From positions 1 through 64,000 of IMG/VR virus record IMGVR_UViG_3300033141_003979: a stretch of 64,000 nucleotides of DNA. One strand, written 5' to 3'. Positions 48,139-57,924 of the stretch are shown one piece after another. The translations under genes and the position numbers were made by a program. How positions within the stretch are numbered: the first letter of the stretch is position 1; every line of letters begins with the position of its first letter. Origin of the DNA: a virus. A model generated the notes under the pieces. The model worked only from the letters and a program-made list of their open reading frames with translations. It was not told where the DNA came from and did not search any database.

Positions 48139-51100
48139 TTAAGGAGTCAAAATCATAACAACTGTATCTTCATAATCTGCCCCTAACAAAGCCGTCAAAT
48201 TCTGAATATAAAACATGTCCTTGTAATCATAGTCTTCAAATTTCCAAGGAAGATAATTTACCATATCTTCAAACAATTCATCTTGAATGTAAATTTTGGC
48301 TTGAAACATATCGGCAGCTAAAGCAGGCGAACTACTATCTATTTCATTAGATCCAACAATTACAGCATGACTAAAATCACCCATGTACCACCAAGGATTA
48401 TACTTTTCGACTGAGGCCATAAAGTCACTGACGATATCAGACGCATTACTCTGTATAGTAGCCCCTAGTTCTGGGATTATTGGGTCAAACCCATGTAGCC
48501 TGAATGGGGCTTTGGCTACCCACGAAGAATAGGACTGTGTACTATCGATATCGTGTACTTGCCTAAAATCATTAGTTGCTGTCAGATTACCCTCAGCAGG
48601 CATCGGAGAAAGCCCTTGACTATATCCCCAATCTTCCCAATCTGTATAGTTATCGTCTGTACCAGGATGCGCTGCTCTTGCAAAATTAACCCAACCAGTA
48701 GCCGCATCATTACAAGTTGTAAACCAAGCAGTAATCATATCATCATAGTAGCCCTGAACCTCTGCTTCCGTGGCCGCATCTCCCCGATAATTTGCCATTT
48801 CTATCATCGCATACATAGCAGCAACTTGCTTGACGGGGTGGAAATTACCAGACGTCCAAGTAACCCACTCAAAGAAGCCACTATCAGCTTCCCAGGTATG
48901 GTTTGCGTCATTGTCAAATAAAGCGTACATAGTATCGACTACAAAATCCCAGACATCTCCACCCCCTAATGCCTCATCCAGCTTGGCCCAGTCATCGCTT
49001 CTTTGGCAGTATTTATAAAGCCCATAAATTCTATCAGCTATATCATTCCTATTTGACCAACGCCAGCGGCGATAAGGAGATGTATTGTTACAAGTAGTTT
49101 CAAGGGAATGAGTATCATAATCAAGACAACCCCAGACATAGGCATATAAGTTACTGTCTAAAATATAGGTATCAACCAAATTACTCAAATATAATATTGT
49201 ATTTGCCTTCAGGGGCTCTTCAAGATATGGGAGTGCATCTGAAAGTGTCCTTAAAACTTCTCCATCTTTCCAAAATACTTCCTCGGGTGCAGTTGAACTT
49301 TGAGCCCAAAACATTTGCGTAGCCGGATCTAAGTGTGCATCATCATCGACTATATCCTGTACCACTGCGTTAAGAAGTGTTTTCACATTATTTCTTGACA
49401 AACCTAAGTCTGGCGGTGCCACAAACAAATCTAGAGGATCATAGGTATTGCTTGCTTCTGGTGATTCATGAGTCAAGCAGAACAGATGCCCCCAGCTTAC
49501 CCAAAAAACTTCATTTCCGGCAACCACTACAGGGCTAACAGAATCATTTGCTCCCCCGATACCGCCAGTTGTCGAACATCCGAAGCGAGTAAAGAATTTA
49601 TGCATTCCATCTGGATAAATAGTGGTTGGTGTACTGTCTATCAAAAGAGGTTTTCTGTGAGTACCGAATCCATCCCCATAAACAGTTGTGTTAAGTGCCG
49701 GTGTCTCAATATCATAGTATCCTATATCTTCACTTAGAGTCTGATAAAACCTATCATTTACCAGCGTGTAACGACCTATCTCATCTGGCCTCATTACAAA
49801 CGTAGGACTATCATCTTCATCAGCAATTTGAATGCAACTTCCATCATCTAAATCTACCTTAACAAGCCTGTCATCATGATCTAGTGGATCTGTGTAAGCC
49901 CCACCATAGGGCACAAAATAGGCATATCCATCATTACTGATTACTGGCGTGTAAAGCCCCCAGTAACCAAGATAAAGCGGAGTATAGGCTGATCCGCTCC
50001 ACAAATCTGTTCCGTCTGTAGCGTTGAAATAAAATAACGGTCTACGCTCTCCATAAGCTGTATAATATGTATTGTACTCAGAAAGGACAGTTGCAATAGC
50101 CTTATACCCGACAGGCTCAGTATCGTATAGAAGTGCGTTTGGTGCATTTTCCCCCACAAAGGAGTAATCATTTCCTGGCTTGCGTGTGACAAATATAACT
50201 ACTTTAGTGCCTCCGTCACCTTTACCATAAACAGCCATTGTGCGTTTTGTGAATACCCCCTTCATTGTAGCTGTCCATAACTCCGTACCATTTTCCCTCA
50301 AGGCATAAGCGGTATTTGCCCCTGACTGAAAAAATATCGCTGATTCTATTGGAGTCGTTTCTACTTCACCAATAGCAGCCGTACACGATATAGGGCTATC
50401 GGCTGGGTAAGTCCATAAAAGAACCCCAGTAGAAAAGTCATAAGCTTTAAAGTTGCCACCAATATTCCCTACAAAGACCTTGTTGTTATGCACCGCAGGA
50501 GTAACCCAAAGGGAGTCCCCCGTGTCAGCACTCCATATAAGATTACCAGCATCACTCAGACAATAGAGATAACCATCTGTCGAGGCAGCTAGAATACGCA
50601 GATTATTATCTTTGTCACGATCTACTGTTAATGCACTAGGGAGAGCCCCTCCACAGGGGTAAGACCAATCAGTTGTCCCGTCGGATGTATCTAAAGCGTA
50701 AACTTTACCATTCATCAAACCAATATAAACTACATCACCAACAACTACTGGTTCTGCTTCAATCTCTATTCTCTCACCCAAGAATCTGCGCCACCTAAGA
50801 TTTAAGACTCCACTATCTAATTCAAGATCATAAGGGACAAAATAATGCCTATCCATCGAACCACCACGAGTGGGCCACTCTGGTAGATAGATTTTGTAGG
50901 CTACATCATCTGATGTAGCGGCGATGGGAATAGTTATTAGCGCATCTCCATTACTTTCAATAACGTCTGTGGAATTAATGAGGCCCGTATCTGTGTCCCA
51001 CTCCTCTAATATAAAATCAGTATCCGCCATACCTGTCATGGTAAAAGTAAGGTTATTAGGATTTGTTGGGGTTATTCCAGCAGAACAATCAACAGCCCCT

Positions 51101-53319
51101 TCCTGTGCCCCTTCATGTAAACACCAACCATAATCATCATTCTGAGCATGTATATATGCTTTACCTTTTGTTACATTTTTCTGACCTATGCTATCTATCC
51201 CAGCCGGATCATCAGCATCAATGGCCACATATCCTCCATGATGAACATCCAAATCTTCTACAAAATTATAGAAGGCGGCAAGAATAGGCAAATACCCACC
51301 AGATACCTTATCTAAATGCTCTCTCCACCAATATGCCCCCATGTAAAATGGCTGATGATGAAGTCCACCACCCCATACTAGATTATGCAACCACACCCCA
51401 TCATTTGCATTTCCGTCGAGCCAATCCCCACGATCATCGCCCGTAGCTGCCGGGTCAATTCCGCTTTCACTCATTATAAAAGGTTTGCTTATTTGATCAT
51501 CTAATATATCTAATGACCACGAAATACTCCAATCGTATAAATCACTCCCACAAATGCTATTGATGGTACATTTATCATCAGCCTCGTCGGTATATTCATG
51601 AATGTTAACAACATCTAAATTGATACTAGCGACATTATTATCATAATCAGTTTGACGCCAATAGGTTACTTCCCATACTGAAGTTCCAAGAAGATGTACG
51701 TTGGCTGCGGAGTCGATTGATTTCATATAAACGGCGAAGTCATCAGCAGCAGAATACCAATCAGCATCGTTTGGATGATGCTCATTGCAAAATTCCCAAA
51801 GAAATACAGCAGTAGAGTATCCCCAACGAGCAACACAATAACGCCACCACATTTGAATATGCCATTTTGACTTAGTAGTTAAAGCTTGGTTATAGCCATC
51901 ACCTGTATCCGTCCAACTTCCATCATCCTCATCAAGATGTCTAGGAACCCAATCGTTTTTCTCAAAGATAACATACTGGAGTTTGACCCCTGCTGCTTCC
52001 GCTGCTTCCACCTGTTTATCAAAAAAGAAAGATGGCTTTTGTTCTATAACTCTATGCCTATCTGCGCTTTCGTAACGCATAATTTCTTGATCATATACTC
52101 CATCATCATCTGTATCAGCCTTAATGCTTAACTTAGCTATCCAAACTTCACCATAAGAACAGTTATCAAGGTAGAAACTCAAATAGTCCCCATACGTGGT
52201 GCCATCAGCAACTTGGTGATCAAATGTCACTACTGTTGAGTCCCAATCGGTAGTAGCAATCTCATGCCCAAAACCACCCAAAGTATTGTTGCCCCGGATA
52301 GATTCGTAAAAGAAAGCCCCTGTATAATCACATTTATCATCTCCGGCCGGGAATCCATGAGTCTTTAATGTAAATCCGTGATCTTCTCCTATATCTACAG
52401 GGCCAACTAGACCGACAATTTTATAAATAACTGTCATCTGGTAATCAGGAAAGGTATCTTCTGGACCACCATAATCAACAAAATCATGGGAATATCTCGT
52501 GTTCTCCCAAGGGCCTGTCCATATACCACAAGCACCATCCGTGACAGTAATATACCAAGACAACTCCATATCTGTATATGCTTCTTCAAAGTCCAAGGGC
52601 ATTTCAAACCCTTCGTTGCCTGAACTTTTATCTACCCGGATATAGTCTGCCCACTGATTACAATAAGCTGCTTCCGGTCCCATCCACTGGCGGTGAATAT
52701 TTGCCCCTTTACCATCAAAAGAAGTATAACCAGTTGAAGTTTCCATATCTGCCCCACCTATGGGCCAAAAAATATCTCCACTCCCACTATACTCAAAATA
52801 TCGAGTATCGGTTGCAACCTGGATAAAACCCTTTTTAGTTGGTGCTCGTGCTTCAAATGAGCCTGTGGCAGCAGAGGATGTGCCCCCTACATCTTCAGCA
52901 ACTATTGAGTATTGCCATGTACCGACCTTATCCGGTTTAAACCGAATTTTGAATGAATCGTCATCTAGTTTTTCTGTAAGATGATAATTTGATTGAGGGA
53001 AGGTCCCAGATACCTCCATGTCACGATAATAAAATCCAGGTACGTCATAAGCGACGGAATCAGGGCCAGTCATTGTGCAAGTAACAGTTACTCCTTCCTC
53101 TGGAGTCACATTTTCTGGCTGGCTACCATCTTCAACATAAACCTCATAAGGATTATCAAATGTTCCTGTGAGATCAAAAGTAAGCTCATACTTCTCATAA
53201 CAGTTAACTGGATCTGAGTTCTCCGTTACGTTTGAGATAACAGGCACAGCTCCCCAAGCTAATGTTGGAAACAACATTAGAAATGCAAATATAAATATCT
53301 TTTTCATCAGTTTTTTCAA
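48139..53319 (-). CDS. 1726-aa signal-peptide protein: DUF5060-like Ig domain, clan GH-A glycosidase, PQQ/BamB beta-propeller, helical C-terminus
   Basis: YEKYELTF..FDNPY, RFKPDKVGTWQY, YCVARWGYS..WEFCNE, NIHEY, KPFIMSESG; repeated YALD..DG...WSY motifs. Confidence 0.8.
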   Translation of the reverse strand: MKKLMKKIFIFAFLMLFPTLAWGAVPVISNVTENSDPVNCYEKYELTFDLTGTFDNPYEVYVEDGSQPENVTPEEGVTVTCTMTGPDSVAYDVPGFYYRDMEVSGTFPQSNYHLTEKLDDDSFKIRFKPDKVGTWQYSIVAEDVGGTSSAATGSFEARAPTKKGFIQVATDTRYFEYSGSGDIFWPIGGADMETSTGYTSFDGKGANIHRQWMGPEAAYCNQWADYIRVDKSSGNEGFEMPLDFEEAYTDMELSWYITVTDGACGIWTGPWENTRYSHDFVDYGGPEDTFPDYQMTVIYKIVGLVGPVDIGEDHGFTLKTHGFPAGDDKCDYTGAFFYESIRGNNTLGGFGHEIATTDWDSTVVTFDHQVADGTTYGDYLSFYLDNCSYGEVWIAKLSIKADTDDDGVYDQEIMRYESADRHRVIEQKPSFFFDKQVEAAEAAGVKLQYVIFEKNDWVPRHLDEDDGSWTDTGDGYNQALTTKSKWHIQMWWRYCVARWGYSTAVFLWEFCNEHHPNDADWYSAADDFAVYMKSIDSAANVHLLGTSVWEVTYWRQTDYDNNVASINLDVVNIHEYTDEADDKCTINSICGSDLYDWSISWSLDILDDQISKPFIMSESGIDPAATGDDRGDWLDGNANDGVWLHNLVWGGGLHHQPFYMGAYWWREHLDKVSGGYLPILAAFYNFVEDLDVHHGGYVAIDADDPAGIDSIGQKNVTKGKAYIHAQNDDYGWCLHEGAQEGAVDCSAGITPTNPNNLTFTMTGMADTDFILEEWDTDTGLINSTDVIESNGDALITIPIAATSDDVAYKIYLPEWPTRGGSMDRHYFVPYDLELDSGVLNLRWRRFLGERIEIEAEPVVVGDVVYIGLMNGKVYALDTSDGTTDWSYPCGGALPSALTVDRDKDNNLRILAASTDGYLYCLSDAGNLIWSADTGDSLWVTPAVHNNKVFVGNIGGNFKAYDFSTGVLLWTYPADSPISCTAAIGEVETTPIESAIFFQSGANTAYALRENGTELWTATMKGVFTKRTMAVYGKGDGGTKVVIFVTRKPGNDYSFVGENAPNALLYDTEPVGYKAIATVLSEYNTYYTAYGERRPLFYFNATDGTDLWSGSAYTPLYLGYWGLYTPVISNDGYAYFVPYGGAYTDPLDHDDRLVKVDLDDGSCIQIADEDDSPTFVMRPDEIGRYTLVNDRFYQTLSEDIGYYDIETPALNTTVYGDGFGTHRKPLLIDSTPTTIYPDGMHKFFTRFGCSTTGGIGGANDSVSPVVVAGNEVFWVSWGHLFCLTHESPEASNTYDPLDLFVAPPDLGLSRNNVKTLLNAVVQDIVDDDAHLDPATQMFWAQSSTAPEEVFWKDGEVLRTLSDALPYLEEPLKANTILYLSNLVDTYILDSNLYAYVWGCLDYDTHSLETTCNNTSPYRRWRWSNRNDIADRIYGLYKYCQRSDDWAKLDEALGGGDVWDFVVDTMYALFDNDANHTWEADSGFFEWVTWTSGNFHPVKQVAAMYAMIEMANYRGDAATEAEVQGYYDDMITAWFTTCNDAATGWVNFARAAHPGTDDNYTDWEDWGYSQGLSPMPAEGNLTATNDFRQVHDIDSTQSYSSWVAKAPFRLHGFDPIIPELGATIQSNASDIVSDFMASVEKYNPWWYMGDFSHAVIVGSNEIDSSSPALAADMFQAKIYIQDELFEDMVNYLPWKFEDYDYKDMFYIQNLTALLGADYEDTVVMILTP

Positions 53320-53323
53320 ATCT

Positions 53324-54019
53324 CTAATCCGTCAAATCAAGTGTACTTTCTTCTGCCCTATCTCCATCCGATCCCACATTAAGTTGGATCAGCATATTTT
53401 TCCCGTCTCCAATATTCCTATAAGTAATATCCCAATCCTCTGCCCCATTCTTTACCACACTTGTCTTGCCTGCAATGAAGGCAGAAAAAAGCCTCATCAA
53501 ATCACTGTGAGAATATGTACCTTCAATATCTTCATCCATAAATGCATCTACTACAGTTGCTGTAGTGTCAAGAAGGTCGGCATCCACAGCATCCCCTCCG
53601 AAAGTGCCATCCCCTGTATGAGAAGCACGATTAGCATCCCATATCAATGTCGATGGTGCAGTATTATAATCAGGAGCAGTTGTCCATGTCGCACGGGGGC
53701 AACCATAACATTGAATGTTTCCTGTTGAACTTTCTGGCATCATTGCTACATAATCGCCATTAGTTTCATCTGCGTCTATATCAAAAGCATAATACCCATC
53801 TTCTAATTCTGTGGGATTTGCATCAGTCACAGCAACCCCTGCCACTCCATCAATACTAACTTCTGCTGTGATCTGTGCCGCATCTCCTGCTTTTGCCGTA
53901 TGGTCTGTTTCATCAAAGCAAAATACTACCCACTTTTGACTGGCTACATTCTTTTCAAGAGCGAAAGAATGGGAGCAAAATGCAAAGATTAAAAACAATG
54001 CAAAAATTATTCTCTTCAT
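53324..54019 (-). CDS. Hypothetical protein with signal peptide
   Basis: MKRIIFALFLIFAFCSHSFA; ANPTELEDGYY.F. Confidence 0.7.
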   Translation of the reverse strand: MKRIIFALFLIFAFCSHSFALEKNVASQKWVVFCFDETDHTAKAGDAAQITAEVSIDGVAGVAVTDANPTELEDGYYAFDIDADETNGDYVAMMPESSTGNIQCYGCPRATWTTAPDYNTAPSTLIWDANRASHTGDGTFGGDAVDADLLDTTATVVDAFMDEDIEGTYSHSDLMRLFSAFIAGKTSVVKNGAEDWDITYRNIGDGKNMLIQLNVGSDGDRAEESTLDLTD

Positions 54020-54023
54020 AGTA

Positions 54024-54689
54024 CTACCTCACCATTACATCTACCGTGCGAAATAAATCCAACAATGGCCGTGCCTCAGGTGGTGGGTTCTTGCTATCTA
54101 AAACCCTCGTCGCCTGAATCGTTGCCGCCCATAATTTTATAGCATCCCGAATTGGGGCGGGCACATCAGGAGGATCAGGCCCATAGCCTGCTACATACCG
54201 AATCAAGTACCCTCCATAATCCCGTACCGTATTGGAAGGAGCAGTTACAGACTTCTTCAATACCAGTTTGCCAGGCGTTCCCTCAGTGATGACATAATAA
54301 TTGTCCGAATCATATTCTGTCTCAGTATCATCTTCATCTAATGTCGCCACCTTAGTCACAGAGATTAACGGAGGCTGAGGCAATTTGATCACCATACTTG
54401 GCCAATAATCCATCTTCATATCGATGGTCCGGGAGATCAAGGATCTACCAAGATATTCTTCGGTTGCGACACGTGCTGCCATAATGAAACCTTCCAGCAA
54501 CGAGTCCTCATCAGTCACATCAGCCAATCTGCCAAATTCTTTTAACACACCCAATGTAACAGGTTCAACAACAGGGATGGTTGAAACCGACCATACCCTA
54601 TTGCCATGACCAGGAAGGGCTTTTGTAATCAGCCTTCCAGTCTTCCTATCCAGACCGCCATAGGCTAGTTGTGCTAAATCAGTTTCCAC
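54024..54689 (-). CDS. Head-tail connector (HK97 gp6-like)
   Basis: EPVTL..LKE, AAR...EEYLGRSLI, IRYVAGYG...DVPAPIRDAI. Confidence 0.9.
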   Translation of the reverse strand: METDLAQLAYGGLDRKTGRLITKALPGHGNRVWSVSTIPVVEPVTLGVLKEFGRLADVTDEDSLLEGFIMAARVATEEYLGRSLISRTIDMKMDYWPSMVIKLPQPPLISVTKVATLDEDDTETEYDSDNYYVITEGTPGKLVLKKSVTAPSNTVRDYGGYLIRYVAGYGPDPPDVPAPIRDAIKLWAATIQATRVLDSKNPPPEARPLLDLFRTVDVMVR

Positions 54690-54700
54690 AGCCTCCTCCT

Positions 54701-55141
54701 CTACTTAGCAAGTCCAGCCCTGATCTTTTCCGCTTCCTCTTCTGTCAATCCACTTTGAGCCACTTTGATAGAAATCCCCAATGCCCTGGCCTTTTTTATG
54801 ACTTTCTTAGAAGGTATCCCAAGCTCATCAGCCAACTGATAAACCCGCGTTACTGTGGAATTTTCCTCAAGGCTTTTACCACTTACAGCTTCTGCTTCTT
54901 CTTCCGTCTTAGCAGAAACGGTTCCAGCAACTTTATTTTCTGGTACATCCTTAACCATTTTATTCTCAGGAGCTTCTGGCTCTGCCTTTCTCACTCTGAC
55001 AATCTCGGCAACCCCCATGTGTCCTATGAAAGCCTTAGCAAGGTCTTCGGTCACATCATATTCTAGATCCTTCAAAAAATACGTGACAGTAAACCCGTCA
55101 AGGCTCCCTTTGTCATCTCGGAGCATTCTAATTCTAGGCAT
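54701..55141 (-). CDS. Head-completion-region protein with C-terminal IF2 N-terminal-like domain
   Basis: RVYQLADELGIPSKKVIKKARALGISIKVAQSGLTEEEAEKIR. Confidence 0.75.
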   Translation of the reverse strand: MPRIRMLRDDKGSLDGFTVTYFLKDLEYDVTEDLAKAFIGHMGVAEIVRVRKAEPEAPENKMVKDVPENKVAGTVSAKTEEEAEAVSGKSLEENSTVTRVYQLADELGIPSKKVIKKARALGISIKVAQSGLTEEEAEKIRAGLAK

Positions 55142-55166
55142 AACAAACCTCCTATCAAATTAAAAG

Positions 55167-55817
55167 TTAAACCGCTGGCTCTTCAATCACACAAACCCCA
55201 ACGTCACTTACTGAAAATCCATTATCTATGATCGCCCAAACTCCATCCTCAACCCCAACTAAGCGAAGAAACGCTCGACTATCTGCGGAGGCGGTTAGGA
55301 TAATGGCAGACAAGGCATCTTCACTATGCCCGATGAGGCCAACCCCACTAATATTGAGGGTACTAGTTTCACCAGATGCAAAAATATGGATACTCCCAGC
55401 TTCACAATCACCCCGGATCATAAGAACTAACTCTTCTCCTTGATGAGCCGAAGGCAATCTTGCGGATGCCGCAGATTGATCATCATTAATAGAAAAAACA
55501 ATATATCCCTGCATGGATGGAAGAACAGGGGGAGATGATCCTCCCATTGCTGAAAGTTTTTCACTTGCAACATCAACAGGTCCAATGATTGACCATCGTC
55601 CCCTACCCGCCAGAAAATTAAACATTCGAGCAGCAGAAATAGTCTCATCATTCATAAAAAACTCAAAACCTTCTTCACAACTAAAATAGCCGACGCTATT
55701 TCCCATCAACTCGCCGCCAGACCAAAGAGTACAGGCACCATCACTTCCAATATGATGGGTATCTCCTGGCCTTTGGCGAAATACATCTGTCTGATATGTT
55801 ATATCTTCGGTTGCCAT
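55167..55817 (-). CDS. Capsid-accessory protein, paralog 3
   Basis: TYQTDVFRQ..., LPS..GYIVFS, GEEL, AS..S.AFLRL..G.WAII. Confidence 0.7.
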   Translation of the reverse strand: MATEDITYQTDVFRQRPGDTHHIGSDGACTLWSGGELMGNSVGYFSCEEGFEFFMNDETISAARMFNFLAGRGRWSIIGPVDVASEKLSAMGGSSPPVLPSMQGYIVFSINDDQSAASARLPSAHQGEELVLMIRGDCEAGSIHIFASGETSTLNISGVGLIGHSEDALSAIILTASADSRAFLRLVGVEDGVWAIIDNGFSVSDVGVCVIEEPAV

Positions 55818-55841
55818 AACACAAAGCCTCCTATCTAAAAA

Positions 55842-56495
55842 TTAAACTCCCTGAGTCACTATACTTCCTCCATCTCCCATTTCTCCGCCTTGATTTACAA
55901 TTGCCCATGTGCCATCTTCAGGACAAACAAGTCGAAGAAAAGCCGCACTAGCAACAGATGCTGTCATAAGAAGGCTTGTCAATTGCCCCTCATCACTCAT
56001 CCCTATTACTATTGGGCTAGCAAGAACGGAGTCAGAAAAATGCATAGTAAGCGCAGTAGAATCCCCTGTCCCCCTCATCTGGATGACTAATTCTTCTCCC
56101 TTATATCCACGAGCTAAACGGCAAGACAGCTGATGATTGTTCTCCGTCTGAACCATCGAAAGAAAAAAGTATCCTATACGAGAAGGCAAAATTGGCGGTT
56201 GTGAATCAGCCGGGGCTCCAGCAGATAAAGTCGTGCCTGACAAAATCAATACAGACCACTGATTTCTGCCTGTCAGATAGTTCCTCATAACCTGAGCGGT
56301 GACAAAATCTTCTCGAACCCCAAAATTGAAATCTGATAAACAACTCATCGTTGTACTATCAGTGCAATTTATCATCCCTCCAGATTCTACAACAAGGGCA
56401 CCAGATGTCGCAACAGTATATCCACTTACCGTCCTTCCATCCCCATCAGATACCCGCTGATAAACTTTAGTTGTGTATGTATTGTCTTGTGCCAT
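55842..56495 (-). CDS. Capsid-accessory protein, paralog 2
   Basis: Probable start 56495 (MAQDNTYTTKVYQ); same motifs as its neighbours. Confidence 0.7.
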   Translation of the reverse strand: MAQDNTYTTKVYQRVSDGDGRTVSGYTVATSGALVVESGGMINCTDSTTMSCLSDFNFGVREDFVTAQVMRNYLTGRNQWSVLILSGTTLSAGAPADSQPPILPSRIGYFFLSMVQTENNHQLSCRLARGYKGEELVIQMRGTGDSTALTMHFSDSVLASPIVIGMSDEGQLTSLLMTASVASAAFLRLVCPEDGTWAIVNQGGEMGDGGSIVTQGV

Positions 56496-56509
56496 AAGTC
56501 CCTCCCTTT

Positions 56510-57175
56510 TTACACTAGTTTTCGTTCTACCACTTGATTGCCAGTTCCCGTTGCCTGAGTATTGCCTATAATAGCCCAACAACCAGCATCGATCCCAAGC
56601 AAACGGACAAAGGCACGAGACGCAGCAGAAGCATATAGCAAAAGGCTGCTAAGTTGATCACCTGATGTTCCCATTATACTGACACCAGTGAAGTTTTTTG
56701 CACTGTCAAAAGATGAACAACGAAGTATCATACTAACCCCATCGCCTGCCTCTCCTCTAAGAATTATACATAATTCTTCACCCGAATACGCTGAATGAAG
56801 ATTTGCAGAATAGGCATCATCGTTTGCCAAAGAAAATACAATGAATCCTGTCCGAGATGGAGTAACCGGGGCTGCATTGACCCCATTAAAAGAAGTAATA
56901 TTTGGCCCCATTGTTGCTGAAATTTCACCAGCCGCCGAATTAACAACAACTGACCATCTCCCTTTGCCCATCAATGCGTTCCGCATCCGATCAGTAAAAA
57001 AAGTCTCCCCGGCAAGAAAGAAATCAAAAGCAGCAGAACAAGCCATTGACCCTCCGCTGAGGCCCGTTATTGCCCCATCGGATTCAACAGTAAGATCTCC
57101 ACTACTTCCAATTTCTAAATCATTTCCTCCGTGGGGCTGATACACATTTGTTTGATAAGTATCATCTTGAGGCAT
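56510..57175 (-). CDS. Capsid-accessory protein, paralog 1
   Basis: MPQDDTYQTNVYQ; same motifs; GGAGGAGG RBS. Confidence 0.7.
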   Translation of the reverse strand: MPQDDTYQTNVYQPHGGNDLEIGSSGDLTVESDGAITGLSGGSMACSAAFDFFLAGETFFTDRMRNALMGKGRWSVVVNSAAGEISATMGPNITSFNGVNAAPVTPSRTGFIVFSLANDDAYSANLHSAYSGEELCIILRGEAGDGVSMILRCSSFDSAKNFTGVSIMGTSGDQLSSLLLYASAASRAFVRLLGIDAGCWAIIGNTQATGTGNQVVERKLV

Positions 57176-57202
57176 AACAATCCTCCTCCTTTATTCAGGT
57201 TA

Positions 57203-57224
57203 GGTTAGGGCCGAAGCCCTAACC
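57203..57224 (-). promoter_or_regulatory. cUUCGg tetraloop hairpin (mRNA stabiliser or weak terminator)
   Basis: GGTTAGGGC-TTCG-GCCCTAACC on the minus strand, 9-bp perfect stem, no U-tract. Confidence 0.65.
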
Positions 57225-57241
57225 ATCCCATTATTTCGTTC

Positions 57242-57844
57242 CTAAACAACCCCTAATGTCGTATCATGTTTGACAAAGTTAATCGGCCAATCGGCCTCTA
57301 ACCCCTGAATGGCATAACAGGCAACTGTAACCCCGTCAACATTTCCAGCATTACTCACTGAAAGTAAATTACGGACCCATCGTTTCTTGCCTATATAACC
57401 CGCAGCATATACACGAGACATGGCATCAGAAATTGAAGCTACCTGAACTCCCCATGCTCCCCATGTCCCTGATGCTGGGCCACCACCCTCTGAACCAGTC
57501 TGCATCAATGCATAAGAAGCGCTTAAATAATCTGACCACTGCCCACTATGGGTTACATCAATAAGCATATGTGAGGCTTGGCAATTTGCCCATATAACAG
57601 TCCCTGCATCATTGCTTTCCCCATGCTCCATCCGAATCCAAAAACCGGAATCGAAATCCATGCTTATATCGCCAGATGCTTCCCCGGATGCTTCATTCCA
57701 AGCAAAAAGAAAAGTTAATGTCTCATACCCCATCATATCAACTGTGGCCCCTGTAACAGTTGCCGCTGCCGCAGGTTCATAAACCTGTGGACTCATGTGT
57801 TCAAAAAATCTAAAGTTTGAATAACCATCTCGTACTCCACCCAT
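57242..57844 (-). CDS. Capsid decoration-like protein, copy 2
   Basis: Probable start 57844 (MGGVRDGYSNFRFFE); paralog of 57925-58524. Confidence 0.72.
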   Translation of the reverse strand: MGGVRDGYSNFRFFEHMSPQVYEPAAAATVTGATVDMMGYETLTFLFAWNEASGEASGDISMDFDSGFWIRMEHGESNDAGTVIWANCQASHMLIDVTHSGQWSDYLSASYALMQTGSEGGGPASGTWGAWGVQVASISDAMSRVYAAGYIGKKRWVRNLLSVSNAGNVDGVTVACYAIQGLEADWPINFVKHDTTLGVV

Positions 57845-57924
57845 AATATAGTCCTCCTTATCTTCTCTTTGAGACAGGCTGAAGACTTTTTCCAACCTGC
57901 CTCATTTCAATTAAAAATTGCCTG

